Source: Schizochytrium sp. TIO01
Taxonomy: Eukaryota > Protista > Bigyra: Labyrinthulomycetes
DNA length: 64,000 nt
Direction of reading: 5' to 3'
Assembly: GCA_004764695.1 (NCBI GenBank)
Contig: SMSO01000032.1
Location: forward strand, 6,914,483 to 6,978,482
Part shown: positions 43,658 through 56,261 of the stretch, piece by piece
Numbering within the stretch: the stretch's first letter is position 1
Layout: each line of letters begins with the position of its first letter
Position numbers and translations under genes: made by a program
The notes under the pieces: model-generated
Told to the model about the DNA's origin: nothing
Database searches by the model: none
The model's input: only the letters and a program-made list of their open reading frames with translations

Positions 43658-46600
43658 GCCTTCAGGCGAGTCAGCCACGTTTGCAAATGAATGAATGCAT
43701 TCTCATTGAATATTGTACAGATTGATGGATGCCATGATATACGCGCGCACCAGCATAGGGATTTACCTAACGCAGTGCTACCGCGACAGATTCTTTCCGT
43801 ACGATTATCGTTTGCCGGCGATCCCGAAGTTCACAGCCAACTCACCAAACGCCGCCGTGCCCGTTATCAACCTTGGAGAAACCAAACTGCTTTTTATTTG
43901 AGACGTACCATGGCGATAGACGGTCGCTGCAGGTGACCAGTGTCAGCTGCAGCGGCCATGTCTGAAGCAGCCAGATGGCGCTAAGCATGGACGCATGTAT
44001 TCGGGTCTCCCCGAATGTATGTATCCTTGCTTCGCTGAGCGAGTGGCGTTTCTTGATTATTGTACGAAACGATGAAGGCCGCCATATTGTTTTTTAGCTC
44101 TTTGATTTTAATTTCCATTTTAATTCTGACTTCTTTTTTTAAAATTTGGTTTAATAATTAAAAGATGGAACACAACTTTTTTTCAGGCTGTAAAAAAAAA
44201 AATTAAAAAAAATGAAAATCTCCTCTAACAGAAAGCTCCCCTCATCTTGCAATTTAAAGGCAGATGAACAAATGTGCGACGACGGTCCTTCATCTTGCTC
44301 GTTGATCAGGCAGGCATCCGCCCTGAGACTCCGGGTCAGGCGTGCCTGCTCAAGCAAGCTCAACGCACCTGCCGTTTTGCTTCTTGCAGCTCTGTTTGAT
44401 ATCCGCCTCAAGCTTGGGTCTGGCGACTTTCCTTCCCGCGCTATCTATGGCTTGCTGCTGCTTTCTGTTGGAGAGCCTCGCCTCCTCGCTCCCTCGAGGG
44501 TCACGAAAAACTTCCGCTCTTACCACTTCGCAGACTCCTGTAATCAGTACGTATCCTCTGCTCAGGAACTCACTCACTTGTGCTGGGGAAGAAAGCCCGA
44601 GCAGAGTTAGGTCCTGATCGTTGCAATTCTTCGAGGTGACTGGAGACAGGAAAGCAGGCAATCAAGAAAGATGTCGCTCAGAACGGCTTGAAGGCCGGCT
44701 CCGTTGAAGCAGGTACCTGCACGATCATCCATCCATCCATCCATCCCTCCACGCTCTGAAGATGGCACTTCGCTGACCAAGAAGCAACGCCGATCTTCTG
44801 ACTTGAGCAGAGCTACGAACTGTGAAGATACGTGCGAAGGATCCCAGGAGGTGGCTGGATTAGCTGAGCGAAGCTCTCTCCTCTTCGAGTTGTTTGGCTA
44901 TTCCCATCGCTGATCTTCGCGTTGGTTTCGACTATCAAGAACAGAGACAAAGCGCAGACGGTGATCAGACATGCATGTATGTATGTATGTATCTGCTGCA
45001 CCAACATTGAAGCACGTTCAAGACGTTCTCAACGCTGTCTCCTCAACGTGCAATGCATGATTCACTCTGCAGACCGACCTTCTCGTGCATAGTGATCAGA
45101 TCATTGCGTTCGTGTAAACCACCTTGCGAGTTGGCACTACTGACTGCTGTGCGTATAGAGTTGTAGGTGCCTAACTGACTACACGATCCTCGGCTTTGAA
45201 CGAATGAGCATCGCCATTATAACTGTGTTGTCAATCTGTGCCAACATGACCGTGGCCTGCTTTCACTCGCTGTCCATTCACGTCCACAGAGTCGGCCTCC
45301 GTGTCGCGTGCACCAAACAGACGAGTGTTGTCTTCACACGTCTCCGACTCTTCTTGCATCCAATTTATTCACGGTGAAAGTGTTTTTTATATAATTATAA
45401 TTAAGACTTCTCGTCTTCTTCCTTTGAGTTTCTCCAAGTTTGGAACAGAACTATTATATAGAAGTAGGTCTTCGTCAAAAAGTGAAACATCGAGTGTTGT
45501 GGAGTTTGATGTGATCCTTACTATATTTCAACTATATTTTAATGTACAAAAGAGAAAAGAATGCTTTTAAATTAAAACTATCAAAACTATTTTTATTTAA
45601 TTTATTTTAAAAAAGGAAAAAAAAATCTTTCAAGATTTCGAGTGGGTACCTAACTACTATTGATTAGAAGTAGAGAGTGTGCGCTTTGGATCACACAAGA
45701 GTCGAAACGCTTTCCAACTTATCGAATGCTTCTCACGCACATGAAAACGTTTTTGAAGACGAGGCAGTGGACCAAGGTCGGCAGCCATTTGCAGGAATAC
45801 ATATGGGCAACGAAGAGGAGAATTAGTCACAGAATAGGGTGACATTGGCTAGCTAGCGTCAGTACGACCTCACGTCGTGCGGCCTTCCAAACAGAAGAAC
45901 CTACCAAATAATTAATGATATATTTTACAATTTTATACTATGAGTTATACTCCGTCAGGTTTCTGATTGAATTTATATTACAAAAAAACTTTAAAGGTTA
46001 GAAAAAACTTTCATTCGCCGCATTTACATGAGAACGTGTAAATGAAATGGCGTCAGTCTTTCCATTCATTCACAGCATCTCCCCAAGTCCCAGACAACAC
46101 GGACAGGATGGATACTCACGAAAAGCGCGCTCGTGAAAGCTTCATGAATCTTCGACTCCTGCCATAATCGCGCAGGGGGTCAGCTCTTCGGGAGAAATTC
46201 GCAGACCGTCCATGCGCACTCAGCTGTACTTATTTATCGCAAAGGAATGTGGACACGCAGAAAGAATCCAGCGTCGTCGCTCTTCAGACTTGCAACTGTG
46301 AGCTTCAAATGCTGGAAAACCTAAAATGCCAAAGAACCACCACCTCTTCTCCTTCTTCTCCTTCTTATCCGCGCTCCTTACCGTGCTCCAGCAAGTCTTC
46401 GAGGCCCTTCTTCAGGCCCTTCTCCGGGCTCTTCTCCAAGAACTCGTCCAGGTGTCCCGGCACACAAGTCGAAAACGTTGGCGGCGGTTAACTTCGACCG
46501 TTGGCTTTCTTTGAGCAGTGCAGTCAGTTTACCTAATTGTTTGTATCTACTGATGGATACATGATACAGAGTGTGTGCCTTTACTTTAACTAAGGCCAGC

Positions 46601-49236
46601 TACCGGCTGCTAGGCTGGTAGGACTCGTAGTGCATAGGCGTAGATGAAAGTGTGCGCCTTTTGACCCGTTTCCCGTTGGAAATTGCAAAGTTCGGGTAGT
46701 GCTTGCTTGTCTGTGATTCTGTCTGTCTAAAGGAGGCGGCGCTGTGCTGGTCCGCAGGAGCAACGGGACGCGAAGGATGTCTCGGCCGCAATGCGAAGCT
46801 CGGGTTAGCTGGGGAAGACAGTGCGTGTGGCTTGCTGGCGGGAAAAGACCAGCTGGCACTCTTGATCACTGCGACGGGCGTGCTTTGCTTACGGAGGAGT
46901 TTATGTAGCCGATACCTCGGTTCTCGCGAACCAAAGCAAGCGCAGGCCTGACTGCGTAGAACCGAGCAGCCAGCCATGAAGGGGGTGGAGCCCGCCGTGG
47001 CACAGGCTAAGACGTGCAGCAAAATATACAAGGAGAGGCAGGAGCAGAACCCCTAATGTGTGGACTCAGACCAAGCAGCAGTGTAGTTGATGAATCTTCT
47101 ACCGATGAGCCGTTACTGAGATAAATCGAAAGCAGTCTTTTTTTATTTTAATAACAAACGAAATAAAATTGCATTATCATGATAGTCACTCCAAAGCTAC
47201 TATTGCGAGAACGCAATTGTGGTCTGCGACGTTAGCTGACTCCAAAATGAGGGACAATTTTTTTCTATGAGCGTTTCCTGACTTAAAGGTGTTAATCCTT
47301 TGGACTACCGGATTCTAACGATTGGACGAACGACCAAACGACCGAATGTCCAAGTAACCTTAAATCTGAATCGTTGACTGTATCAGCAAAGAAATGTCCC
47401 CCAGTCGAGCCGTTCACAGCCCCCCCTCGTGGTTTTTTCGTACTTCTTCGGCATGACACTCGCTCGACGTATTCTCCTTGTCTCGCTATAACAATGGAGT
47501 GTCAAAGTAAATGCTTGGGTGGTGCTATTAGTTCTATCATGATTGACTCATTTTTGTAAATAAAGTATTCTCTTTCTTTCCCCCTTCTTCACGTTCGATC
47601 TTGAAAGAACAGGTGAGAGTCTTGTCTATCCTACACCTCCACAAGTTGTTCCTCCGTCCTGTTCAGTGTTGGACAACAAGCATAGAGACACGTCGCGGCC
47701 AAGTGCTACCCTCTGGATGACCAGTATGAAATAGATGTAGTAAGAGGATGATTTCAAGTCTCATTTGATCGCGACGTGAATATATCAACTCCCAAGAACG
47801 TAGGACGACTCTCCATGTGAATAGTCCTGACTGACTGATCGAGTTGCTGCGCGATCCCAATTGAAAGATAAAGTAATAAGCCCGCGCTGGGAGTTTATCA
47901 TCAAGATACATTTTCATAAGTAGGCTCATGTTATCTATTGATTCTTGTATAATACATGTAGAAAAGCATGATCCCTTACGTCTCTAAATGCGAGTTTCGG
48001 CACGATTTACGTATTGCAATGCTGCGTTGGAAAATACGTTTTAAGTTTAGCCTCTAGCTAGGGAAAAAAGAAAAAGAAAAAGAAAGTATGCAACACGGGA
48101 GCTATTGACACGTATGATCAGTGAGTTGAATCGTGCTCAAACATGATCTGAGACCTAAATGTTTCTTGTACATGAATGATTTAGGTTGCAGGTTCCATTT
48201 CTGCAAATCTAGTCATAGACCGTTTAGTGTGGATCTCAATGCAAGCGAATTTGCTGAATTGAATTGGCAATAATGAGTATGTTCAAAGCACTCTTTAGAT
48301 GGTTTTGAGAAAATCTTGGTTAGCGAGAACGATACAGACTAGATGCTTGAAAAGGGCTTGAAAGGGAAGGCTTTGTAGATCTTGGTTTTAAGATTTAGCA
48401 ATTCAAATTCAATTATAAGGTAGATTGATGCATGTTGTAATTTGTAATTTGTAATTGGGATAATAATACAGACTCATCTGTATTAAAACAAATCGACGAG
48501 ACTAGATTGACATTTCACTTCCAACATCAACTTAGATTTCATCATACTTATTCTATTGAGCGAGCATGTATGTGCACTTTTTATTCTCAAATTCTCCGCT
48601 CCTTAACCACGCGTCTGGTTGCCCATATCTAGTTCAGTGCAAATTCTAAGATCTTCAATCAAAGGAACACCTCCAGCTGACTAGATTCATCTTTCAGCAC
48701 TCGCATAGCACTTATGATGGCACGCTAGAGGCTTACCAGAGTCTTTTCCACGTGTTAGGATCCCAGCAGAAGGAGAATTTGAAACCACATTCCAGAAGAA
48801 ATGGCACACTATTACACCAGAACAACAATTGAGTAATTAAGTATAATTTCAATTGTTTCATAATCGTAATCTGGATGATAGGTTGGAGCCTCAAAGCACG
48901 AAATGTATATGGATGAGACTTGTGCCATGCACACACTCATGGAAAGCTTTGCTCCTCTACTGTCCAGTCGATGTCTGATCTCCGGCGATGATAAGTGGAA
49001 TAGTCCTTACAACAAGCGAATATAATACACCACCGAAGAGAACAAGGAAGGTACTGGGATAATTCATTCTTGCAGGAGCATTCATTGAAGTGGAGTAAGT
49101 ATGTAAATTTTACAGTATTGCTCTCTCAATCTCTGCATTCACCCATTTGTGATGTATCGGGCGAGTATATTCTATAGGATGGAATGATATTTCTATACCA
49201 TTTCTTAGCTCTTAAAATTTAACACCAGCTTTACAT

Positions 49237-49838
49237 TTACAGGTTTGAGTGAAAGGCTCGTGCAAATGTCCACATCATGGCAAGAATTGCAAAAAGAGAA
49301 GGACGCAGAAGTGACCCTGTATTGCAATATGCATCGCTTGTAGGATCTAGGGAGAAGTCGAAGTAATCAGCAGTATTACCGTCTAAGCAATTCTCAACAT
49401 AGTCAGATTCCCACTGGTCTTTTGTTGCTAGCACACGACTTTCATAATCAGCGTCTGTAGAGAAGCAAGCACTTGCTGCTTTGTAGTACTTCACGAATTC
49501 GCAGCGACAATACTGTAGAACGATATTATAGATCAATGTTAGTCCTCAATAGTGCAGACAGACTCAATTTGTGAGTGGTTGTAACTTACATGGCAATAGT
49601 CATCCCCGTAGTCATTCTTGCACATCGCAAAGTCTAAGCTGTATTGAATGCGAACGCCATCGAGGGTGCCCGGATCATCACAGAGATATAGTTTATGAAA
49701 TTCTTTTTCTTGACCTCTGACACTGATAAGACAAGCACTCCACACAAGAAGAGCCACAATCTGTATCAAGGGCCCTAGGTTTCTAGCGCGAAAGTTTCCG
49801 CTGAGGCGCCTTTGCCGCTTGCCCGTGCGCGACGCCAT
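49237..49838 (-). CDS. Small Cys-rich secreted/GPI-anchor-type protein; 2 exons (49838-49590, 49512-49237)
   Basis: 77-nt intron 49589-49513 (GTAAGT...GACTAAC...TACAG, phase 0) joins ..DDYCH|YCRCEF..; 174 aa; hydrophobic signal segment and hydrophobic C-terminal tail. Confidence 0.75.
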
Positions 49839-52497
49839 GCTCAAAACTGATACTGACGAGAGTTCTTCTACAACTAGCAAAGGGCACTTCTAGACTGAGA
49901 TGTGCAAAACCATTCAAGACACCGCGCGAGCAGGCAAAGTGCTCAGCTATGGGGGGATCAACCCGGTAAAGAAATAAAGAAAGAAGAGGTCGGGCAAGAG
50001 AACAAACAAGCAAGCAAGCTTTACTCGCAGCTTTGGCGCAGGTTGAAAAAACACACACATCTAAACCCACTACTAGTGCATTAAAGTAACCGTTGGGTAG
50101 TTCGGCGCTCCAACGCGCCGTTTTATTCGTGACAGTTCCTTGGCGTCCCTTTCTGGTTCTCGTGAGCTCCACTGAAAATGCTACTCAGGAGGTCCAGGAC
50201 ACTAGAGCAAGATCCTGAGGGGTCACACACGGCGATGGGCAACACTTTATGACCACTGCCTTGATTGTTGAATCGAAGTATACCACTGGCGTTCCCCAGA
50301 GCGTCTAATATACGGCAGCTGACAAGAGAGCCTCATAATCCTCATCGAAATGCTATATTCTAGCAAGTAAGTAATCAACCTCCACCTTGAAATTTGCTTT
50401 TGCGACGCAAAGCCAAGCAGATAGATTATTGTCCTATCTTTCAGTGGTCGCGTCAGCGAGTGGAAACGGAAGGAGCGACGGTGGACGAGAGAGCTCAAGG
50501 GGATCTCCAGAAGATCTTTACGACGGCTACGATACAATAGATGAAACAAGCTAGCCTACTGTCTCTCATGGGTAATTTGGTCAACATTTGGGCGCATTCT
50601 GCTAATACTAAAATCTGACACCTTATGGACGAGTCTACAGTCTATGCTATGAAAAGCTTGGGTTCGATGGGATTCGACTCTCCACACTATTTTCGATGAA
50701 CATTGGAGCAAATTTGGGTATACGAAGTTCTAATCGTTCTGACTGAGCCCGCTGATGACCTACATGGCGGACTTGTAGTGACAGCTTCAGATCTTACAGA
50801 ATTCACCAGTTTTATGGACGACTAACTAAGGAATAGTATTTTAGTTTGAGATTTCCTTTATCCACTAGCTATAAGTTCTTTGAGAATCTACTCAAAAGGT
50901 TCCCAATGAGGACCCGAAACTGCAGACCAGTTTCGCTTACAGCTTTTATACGTGCTTAACAAAATTAATTTAATTCAGAATGTCATATGGAGAGCAGATT
51001 CCACAAAGAAGTCAGGGTTTAATAAGAGCTTTAATCAAGGGTTTCGATGCTTTACTTATTATTTTCGTTAAATACAAACTACCTTGAGAGGCAAAAGCCT
51101 TCAGACTTCAGACTTTTTGGTTTTCCTGCCCTGATTCCAGATCAAAACTTAAGAATTCTCTTGCAAAAATTAGTATTTCATTAAAGGCCACTTCAACGAA
51201 GTGAAAGAAAGAAACGAAGAAAGAGAGAAGAATGTCAACATCACGTACAGGACATTGAGAAGGCGCAGTAGGTCTATATGGAATATAAAAACCTCTCGCT
51301 GGCCATGCGCGCTGCAATCTTCCGATGAACCCGCGGCAATGAACGTTCCCCCTCGTCTGCTCGACATCTGGCGCTACACGAATCGCTGTATTGGAGCGTC
51401 CGGCTTCATCTACCATAAGCACGTGCGTTCTGTCTGGCCTATACTGATAAGCAAGATAGGAAAACCAATTCCAAGAGAAATGATCTGTAGTGAAATTAGA
51501 GCAAATATCCAAACAACATTAGCAGAGCTCGATACCCATATTGTCGCCTAAGCGCGCATCCTAAATCGTCTTTTTCTGTTTCTTCGGATGGGCAACACTT
51601 CGAAGATTTGACGTTTAAGGATCACGCCCCTGGACTTTCCTTAGCGTGTTCACGGAAAGCTTGCTTTTGCTCGCGGATTGGCTCATACCCGTGCAATCCG
51701 CTCAGCTCCCTGTCCACTTCTTTTTTTAATTTCCGCACTGTCCACTTCTTTTTTTAATTTCCGCAAACCCTCTCCGCCCTTATGCCTTTTTGCAGGGCAC
51801 AGCTCATCATACCTGGTGCACAAGAGATGCCAGGTGAACAAGTTACTCTCTTCTATATGTCCAACGCCTCCTAAAGACGCCGACTTTCTGGCTTATCCAA
51901 CATCCCCATTTGCGTTTCATCAAGTTTGTTGGGGGCTTTTTTTATAAATGTGCCCAATGCACGTTGCTTCTAAGCCTTCAATAATGATTTTCGACAACCA
52001 TTTTTGTATTCTGAAGGACTTCAAGCTTGTTTGTGATCTCCTTTCTGTGGACCATTGATCGTTATTGACCATTTTGAAGCGTTCCAATATTAAATGGGCA
52101 ATCCACTAATAATCAACCATGGTGGATCTCGGTAGGACCGCCTACGTAGGCAGCGCATCCTGAGTACGTTGCCTTGACTGCTAGAGAGCTCCTTCAAGCT
52201 TCTCCTCAGAGAGATGCTTGAGCGCTTGCTGATAGATTCTTGATCGTATTTGGGTCCTTGTCGTGATCGATAAGTTTCTGGTGATTGCTTTGTATTTGTT
52301 GAGTATATGTTGTTGTTCTCGTTTGCTTCTGTTGTTGTCCTAAGCAAGCGTTAATAAGAAGAACGATGAGTGAATCAATGGAGTGATGCTGTCACGCTTC
52401 TACGTTGCTGCGTGCCCGCGAACAAGGGTCTCCCGCGAATAAGAAAAGCAAACCACGACATGAGTTTCACTGAGGCGACAGCAAACCCCAATTCATC

Positions 52498-53772
52498 ATG
52501 GGTGCCTGTTTAGCTAAGGATAAGACCTCCACGCGTCGCAGCGAGGGCAAGTCCCCCGGTGGCAGTCCCATGAGCCTAGAACAAGCTCAGGGTGTCACAA
52601 ACGATGCTATTAAAAACAAGCCACAACCTTCATCAACTCCATCTCCGTCTTCGCTGCCAGCTCCTGCTGCAGCGACGACAGCAGCAGCAAGAAACACTGG
52701 TGATTTAAATGCCGCAAAGCAGGCAGATCTTGCAGGCCCCCAGGCAGGTGCGGAAACATCGCACGCAAAAGTAGAATCAACTTCGAAATCGGAGCGGAAT
52801 GAGGCCCCGAATGGGGCGGTCGGAGCACAAGACTTGAAACCCAAAGACAGCGCAAACCAAATTCACGAGGACAGCCAGAGCGAGACAACTACCCGTGAGG
52901 AACATCGTGAGGACCCGGAAGTGAGCTTGGAGCCACGAAGGCCCCTCGATCTAGTTCTGTCTGCGAGAATGACCACAGTTCGCGAGATGATTCGCGTAGA
53001 ATTGGTCGGTGACGGGCGCATCGCGGTCGCCACGATACTTGGCGGCGACGCTGCGGAGACCTTTGCATGGGGCACACGTGTGTGTGAACACAGAGTAAAC
53101 CCATTCCTTGTGGAAGCTATTAACGCAGCGCTCGACGCCGCACTCCGTGAACAGGACGTCCGCGGCGTAGTGGTGACCGCGGAAGGCAAGTTCTTCAGCA
53201 ATGGTATGGACCTCAAATGGATCGACGCCAACCCAAGCGAAGCCGACGAGCTGCAGAAGAACACCGAAAAGCTCCTTGCTCGGATTCTTACCTTCCCTCT
53301 TCCCACAATCGCTGCTATTAATGGCCACTTCTGTGCGGCAGGAGCCATGCTCGGACTTGCCTTTGACTACCGCATCATGAACGCCGAGAAAGGCCTCTTC
53401 TTTGTGCCTGGCATCGACCTGGGCCTCGTCTATAGTCCAGGAATGACGGAGATCATGAAGGCAAAGATGCCTGTGCACATGCATAACGAGATGATCGTCT
53501 ACGCGAAGCGCTACTCGGCTAAGGACCTTGTACAGGAGCGCATCGTCGCTCAAGCGGTTGAGCCTGCCAAAATCTTGAACTCTGCTGTGGAGTTTGCACA
53601 AAATCTTGTTGGAAAAGAACGTTTCCTAGGCAACCGATACCGCGATGCTATGATGAAGATCAAACAGCGGACTTACCTCACAGCATACAAAGCTCTTACT
53701 GATGAGGACAGTTTTGAAGCGCTTGGGTTCGATGAAGGTGCCTGGGATGAGCATGGCAAAGCCAAACTTTAG
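52498..53772 (+). CDS. Crotonase-family delta3,delta2-enoyl-CoA isomerase (peroxisomal type) with long N-terminal extension
   Basis: GKFFSNGMDL, PLPTIAAINGHFCAAGAMLGLAFDYRIM; C-terminal -AKL (PTS1); N-terminal MGACL. Confidence 0.88.
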   Translation: MGACLAKDKTSTRRSEGKSPGGSPMSLEQAQGVTNDAIKNKPQPSSTPSPSSLPAPAAATTAAARNTGDLNAAKQADLAGPQAGAETSHAKVESTSKSERNEAPNGAVGAQDLKPKDSANQIHEDSQSETTTREEHREDPEVSLEPRRPLDLVLSARMTTVREMIRVELVGDGRIAVATILGGDAAETFAWGTRVCEHRVNPFLVEAINAALDAALREQDVRGVVVTAEGKFFSNGMDLKWIDANPSEADELQKNTEKLLARILTFPLPTIAAINGHFCAAGAMLGLAFDYRIMNAEKGLFFVPGIDLGLVYSPGMTEIMKAKMPVHMHNEMIVYAKRYSAKDLVQERIVAQAVEPAKILNSAVEFAQNLVGKERFLGNRYRDAMMKIKQRTYLTAYKALTDEDSFEALGFDEGAWDEHGKAKL

Positions 53773-54413
53773 ACCTCATGTTGCTGTACATGAATCGTGT
53801 TTACCTTACGCGTTTGTCCCTTTACAGTCCATCGCTTGTTGATTATCAAGCAACAGCATCTTCACCCTCCGTATATGTCACTAGTAAGCTTAATTGAATG
53901 TCGTTTATTTTTCGTAGCTTTGTTATGACTGCCTTCTTTATTAATAAGTCTCTTCTGTTGCATATGGTTAACACATCTCGCTTTCGTGAAATCGGCAAGC
54001 CCGCTTCATCGCACTCTTCACACAGACAGTGCAATCAACATGTCACACACACTGTGTCGTATGATGGCGGCGAATGCATTTTACCTGTAACCCTTTAGTT
54101 TGAGGTATAGGCAACTTAGTTGAGACAATTCATTTTGCAAAAAGCCAAATTCAAAATACCCATGCTGTAAAATCAACTTGTTCGATGCAAATACGTAGTG
54201 CCAATCTTAAGAAAGGCCGCTACAAGGTACGCTGCACGCTACCACCCTATACATAAATTCGCGGAGTCGCGCATGGATTTGGGCCAGAATTTCGGCATAA
54301 GAAGCATTCCTCGTTAAGGATTTCAAATTCTAAATCTTTTCAAAATTTAAATCAGGCAAACCTCCAAACGTGGCTGAAGAACAACTACAACAAGTTGGAC
54401 AACATCGGCTGTC

Positions 54414-56027
54414 ATGACACATCAATTCACCAGGGGAAACAAAAGGCAGAGAATTGAAACAGAAAAGCACAACCTGTTCGTAAGATCACCCACGGGCAGA
54501 GCTTTTGTTTTAGAGAATATTGATGTCTACAGGGTTAATGTTGCAAAATTGAAACATACTCTTGGCAATATTTTAGGTTATAGCTGCCACGCTATACAAA
54601 TGTTATGCCTCGCATATCGAGGGAAATGCCTTGACGACCCTGAAGTTTCCCTCGCCAACATCCTTGCTCAACATTGCGGGAAGAACATCAACAATGGGGA
54701 TGTTTGCGACTCAAGCTTTATCATGTATTTTGACGGTAGTGAACAACTCAATGAGCCTAGAGACACCCATCGTAAAACAGAGACTCGTAATGGCTTGCAG
54801 CAGGATTGGCACGGTACTAGCAGTAGCGAATTAAACAGGACATGTAGTACAATCAAAGTTTCACATTTGCTTGAAGAAGATAGTCATGCAGACAAAACTA
54901 AGCGAGAACAAACGCAACGTGGTCGTTGCGTGCTCCACATGCATAGGTCTCCAGGGTCAGCAAGTCATCCAGACACCCTTATAGTTCGCTCCCAGTCCGA
55001 TGAAGATGATCCAGAGTTCTGGAGAAGACTAGTCACGTTAGTAGATGCAGACGTGGTACATTTTAGCCCCTACCAAAATATGCTCGAAATCCCTCGTGCC
55101 TCTCAGACCTGCGCGGACCAGGTTGCAGGCTTTGCTCGCTACGAAGGCTTCCATGTATTGCGTTTCGATAGTTCTCCGACACCAATGAGTCCACACCAGC
55201 AGAGCCTGCGCCAGCAAGATAGGTTCCTTCAAGCTTCATTCGCCGCAACTTCTTCACACCAGGACCTCAACTTCGACATGCTCAACCATCGTGATGTGCA
55301 GCAGCAGAACGGCTTTGATTTACTTCAACAGGAAGATGGAAGCAATGGGCAATCTTGCTTATCGCCAGATATGTTTTTCTGGAGGATTCCTCTTGACCAG
55401 AAGCCAGACTACAGGATTAATTCTTCAAAATCTCTGACTGCTTACTTGTCGCATGAGCATAGTCCCGGGAACAGTATTTCCTCAAGGACGGTGGAACATC
55501 CTGTGAGGGAACCACTCCAAGATACTCCAAACGTCAGGCCCCGCCGACGTTGCCGACGTCTCTCAGCATCTTCGATGGCAAGAGCCTCCAGCGCACGCTG
55601 TCATAAGTTTAATGAAGCTGGAGATTGTCAACATCAACAAGTCCAAAATGTTGCATTCAAATTCTCCAGCATTCATGCTCAGTTAATCAACAGCAAGCAA
55701 GACAACTCAGAGACTCTCCAGAACCATCAAGTCGGTGAAGCCAAGGCAAACACTTGTTTTCAAGATCTACAGCATGCAGACACTGTTGATGAGAACGCCA
55801 AAAGCACGGGTCGCCAACAGCGGTCGACAAGCTCCCTGGACCCATTGCTAGTAGCAGCCAACCCAAAAGAACCCGCAGCAATAGCTATAGCTCCTGCTGA
55901 GCAGATAATTTTCTGCCTTGCCATAGCGGTCGTACTGGCTCTCCTTTTTGTTGTTGCTCTCTTTCGAACCTCAGCCGCCACATTCGCGATGAAGAGCTCC
56001 AACGCCGCCTTTGACTCTCAGACTTAG
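54414..56027 (+). CDS. Ubiquitin-like N-terminal domain protein with near-C-terminal TM helix
   Basis: LFVRSPTGRAF...VAKLK..L...LAYRGKCLDD...L UBL pattern; IIFCLAIAVVLALLFVVALF TM; 537-aa ORF. Confidence 0.7.
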   Translation: MTHQFTRGNKRQRIETEKHNLFVRSPTGRAFVLENIDVYRVNVAKLKHTLGNILGYSCHAIQMLCLAYRGKCLDDPEVSLANILAQHCGKNINNGDVCDSSFIMYFDGSEQLNEPRDTHRKTETRNGLQQDWHGTSSSELNRTCSTIKVSHLLEEDSHADKTKREQTQRGRCVLHMHRSPGSASHPDTLIVRSQSDEDDPEFWRRLVTLVDADVVHFSPYQNMLEIPRASQTCADQVAGFARYEGFHVLRFDSSPTPMSPHQQSLRQQDRFLQASFAATSSHQDLNFDMLNHRDVQQQNGFDLLQQEDGSNGQSCLSPDMFFWRIPLDQKPDYRINSSKSLTAYLSHEHSPGNSISSRTVEHPVREPLQDTPNVRPRRRCRRLSASSMARASSARCHKFNEAGDCQHQQVQNVAFKFSSIHAQLINSKQDNSETLQNHQVGEAKANTCFQDLQHADTVDENAKSTGRQQRSTSSLDPLLVAANPKEPAAIAIAPAEQIIFCLAIAVVLALLFVVALFRTSAATFAMKSSNAAFDSQT

Positions 56028-56261
56028 ACTTAACTCCTCCTGTTCCCACAGTATTAGCACATAAGCGAAGAGAGAAATTTATTCTATAAGAGCTCCTTTC
56101 TCACTAGTCAGAGGCACTGAGTTAAAATCTTTTGAATAGACGAACCAGTAAGTGTTAGGTTAGGCGATTCGCTAGGTACTAAGGTAGGATTCAGAGTTAG
56201 TGTTTACAATAGGGTTATGTGCAGGGTGTTCAATAGGATATAGTGCGGAGCTTGTGTTGAA

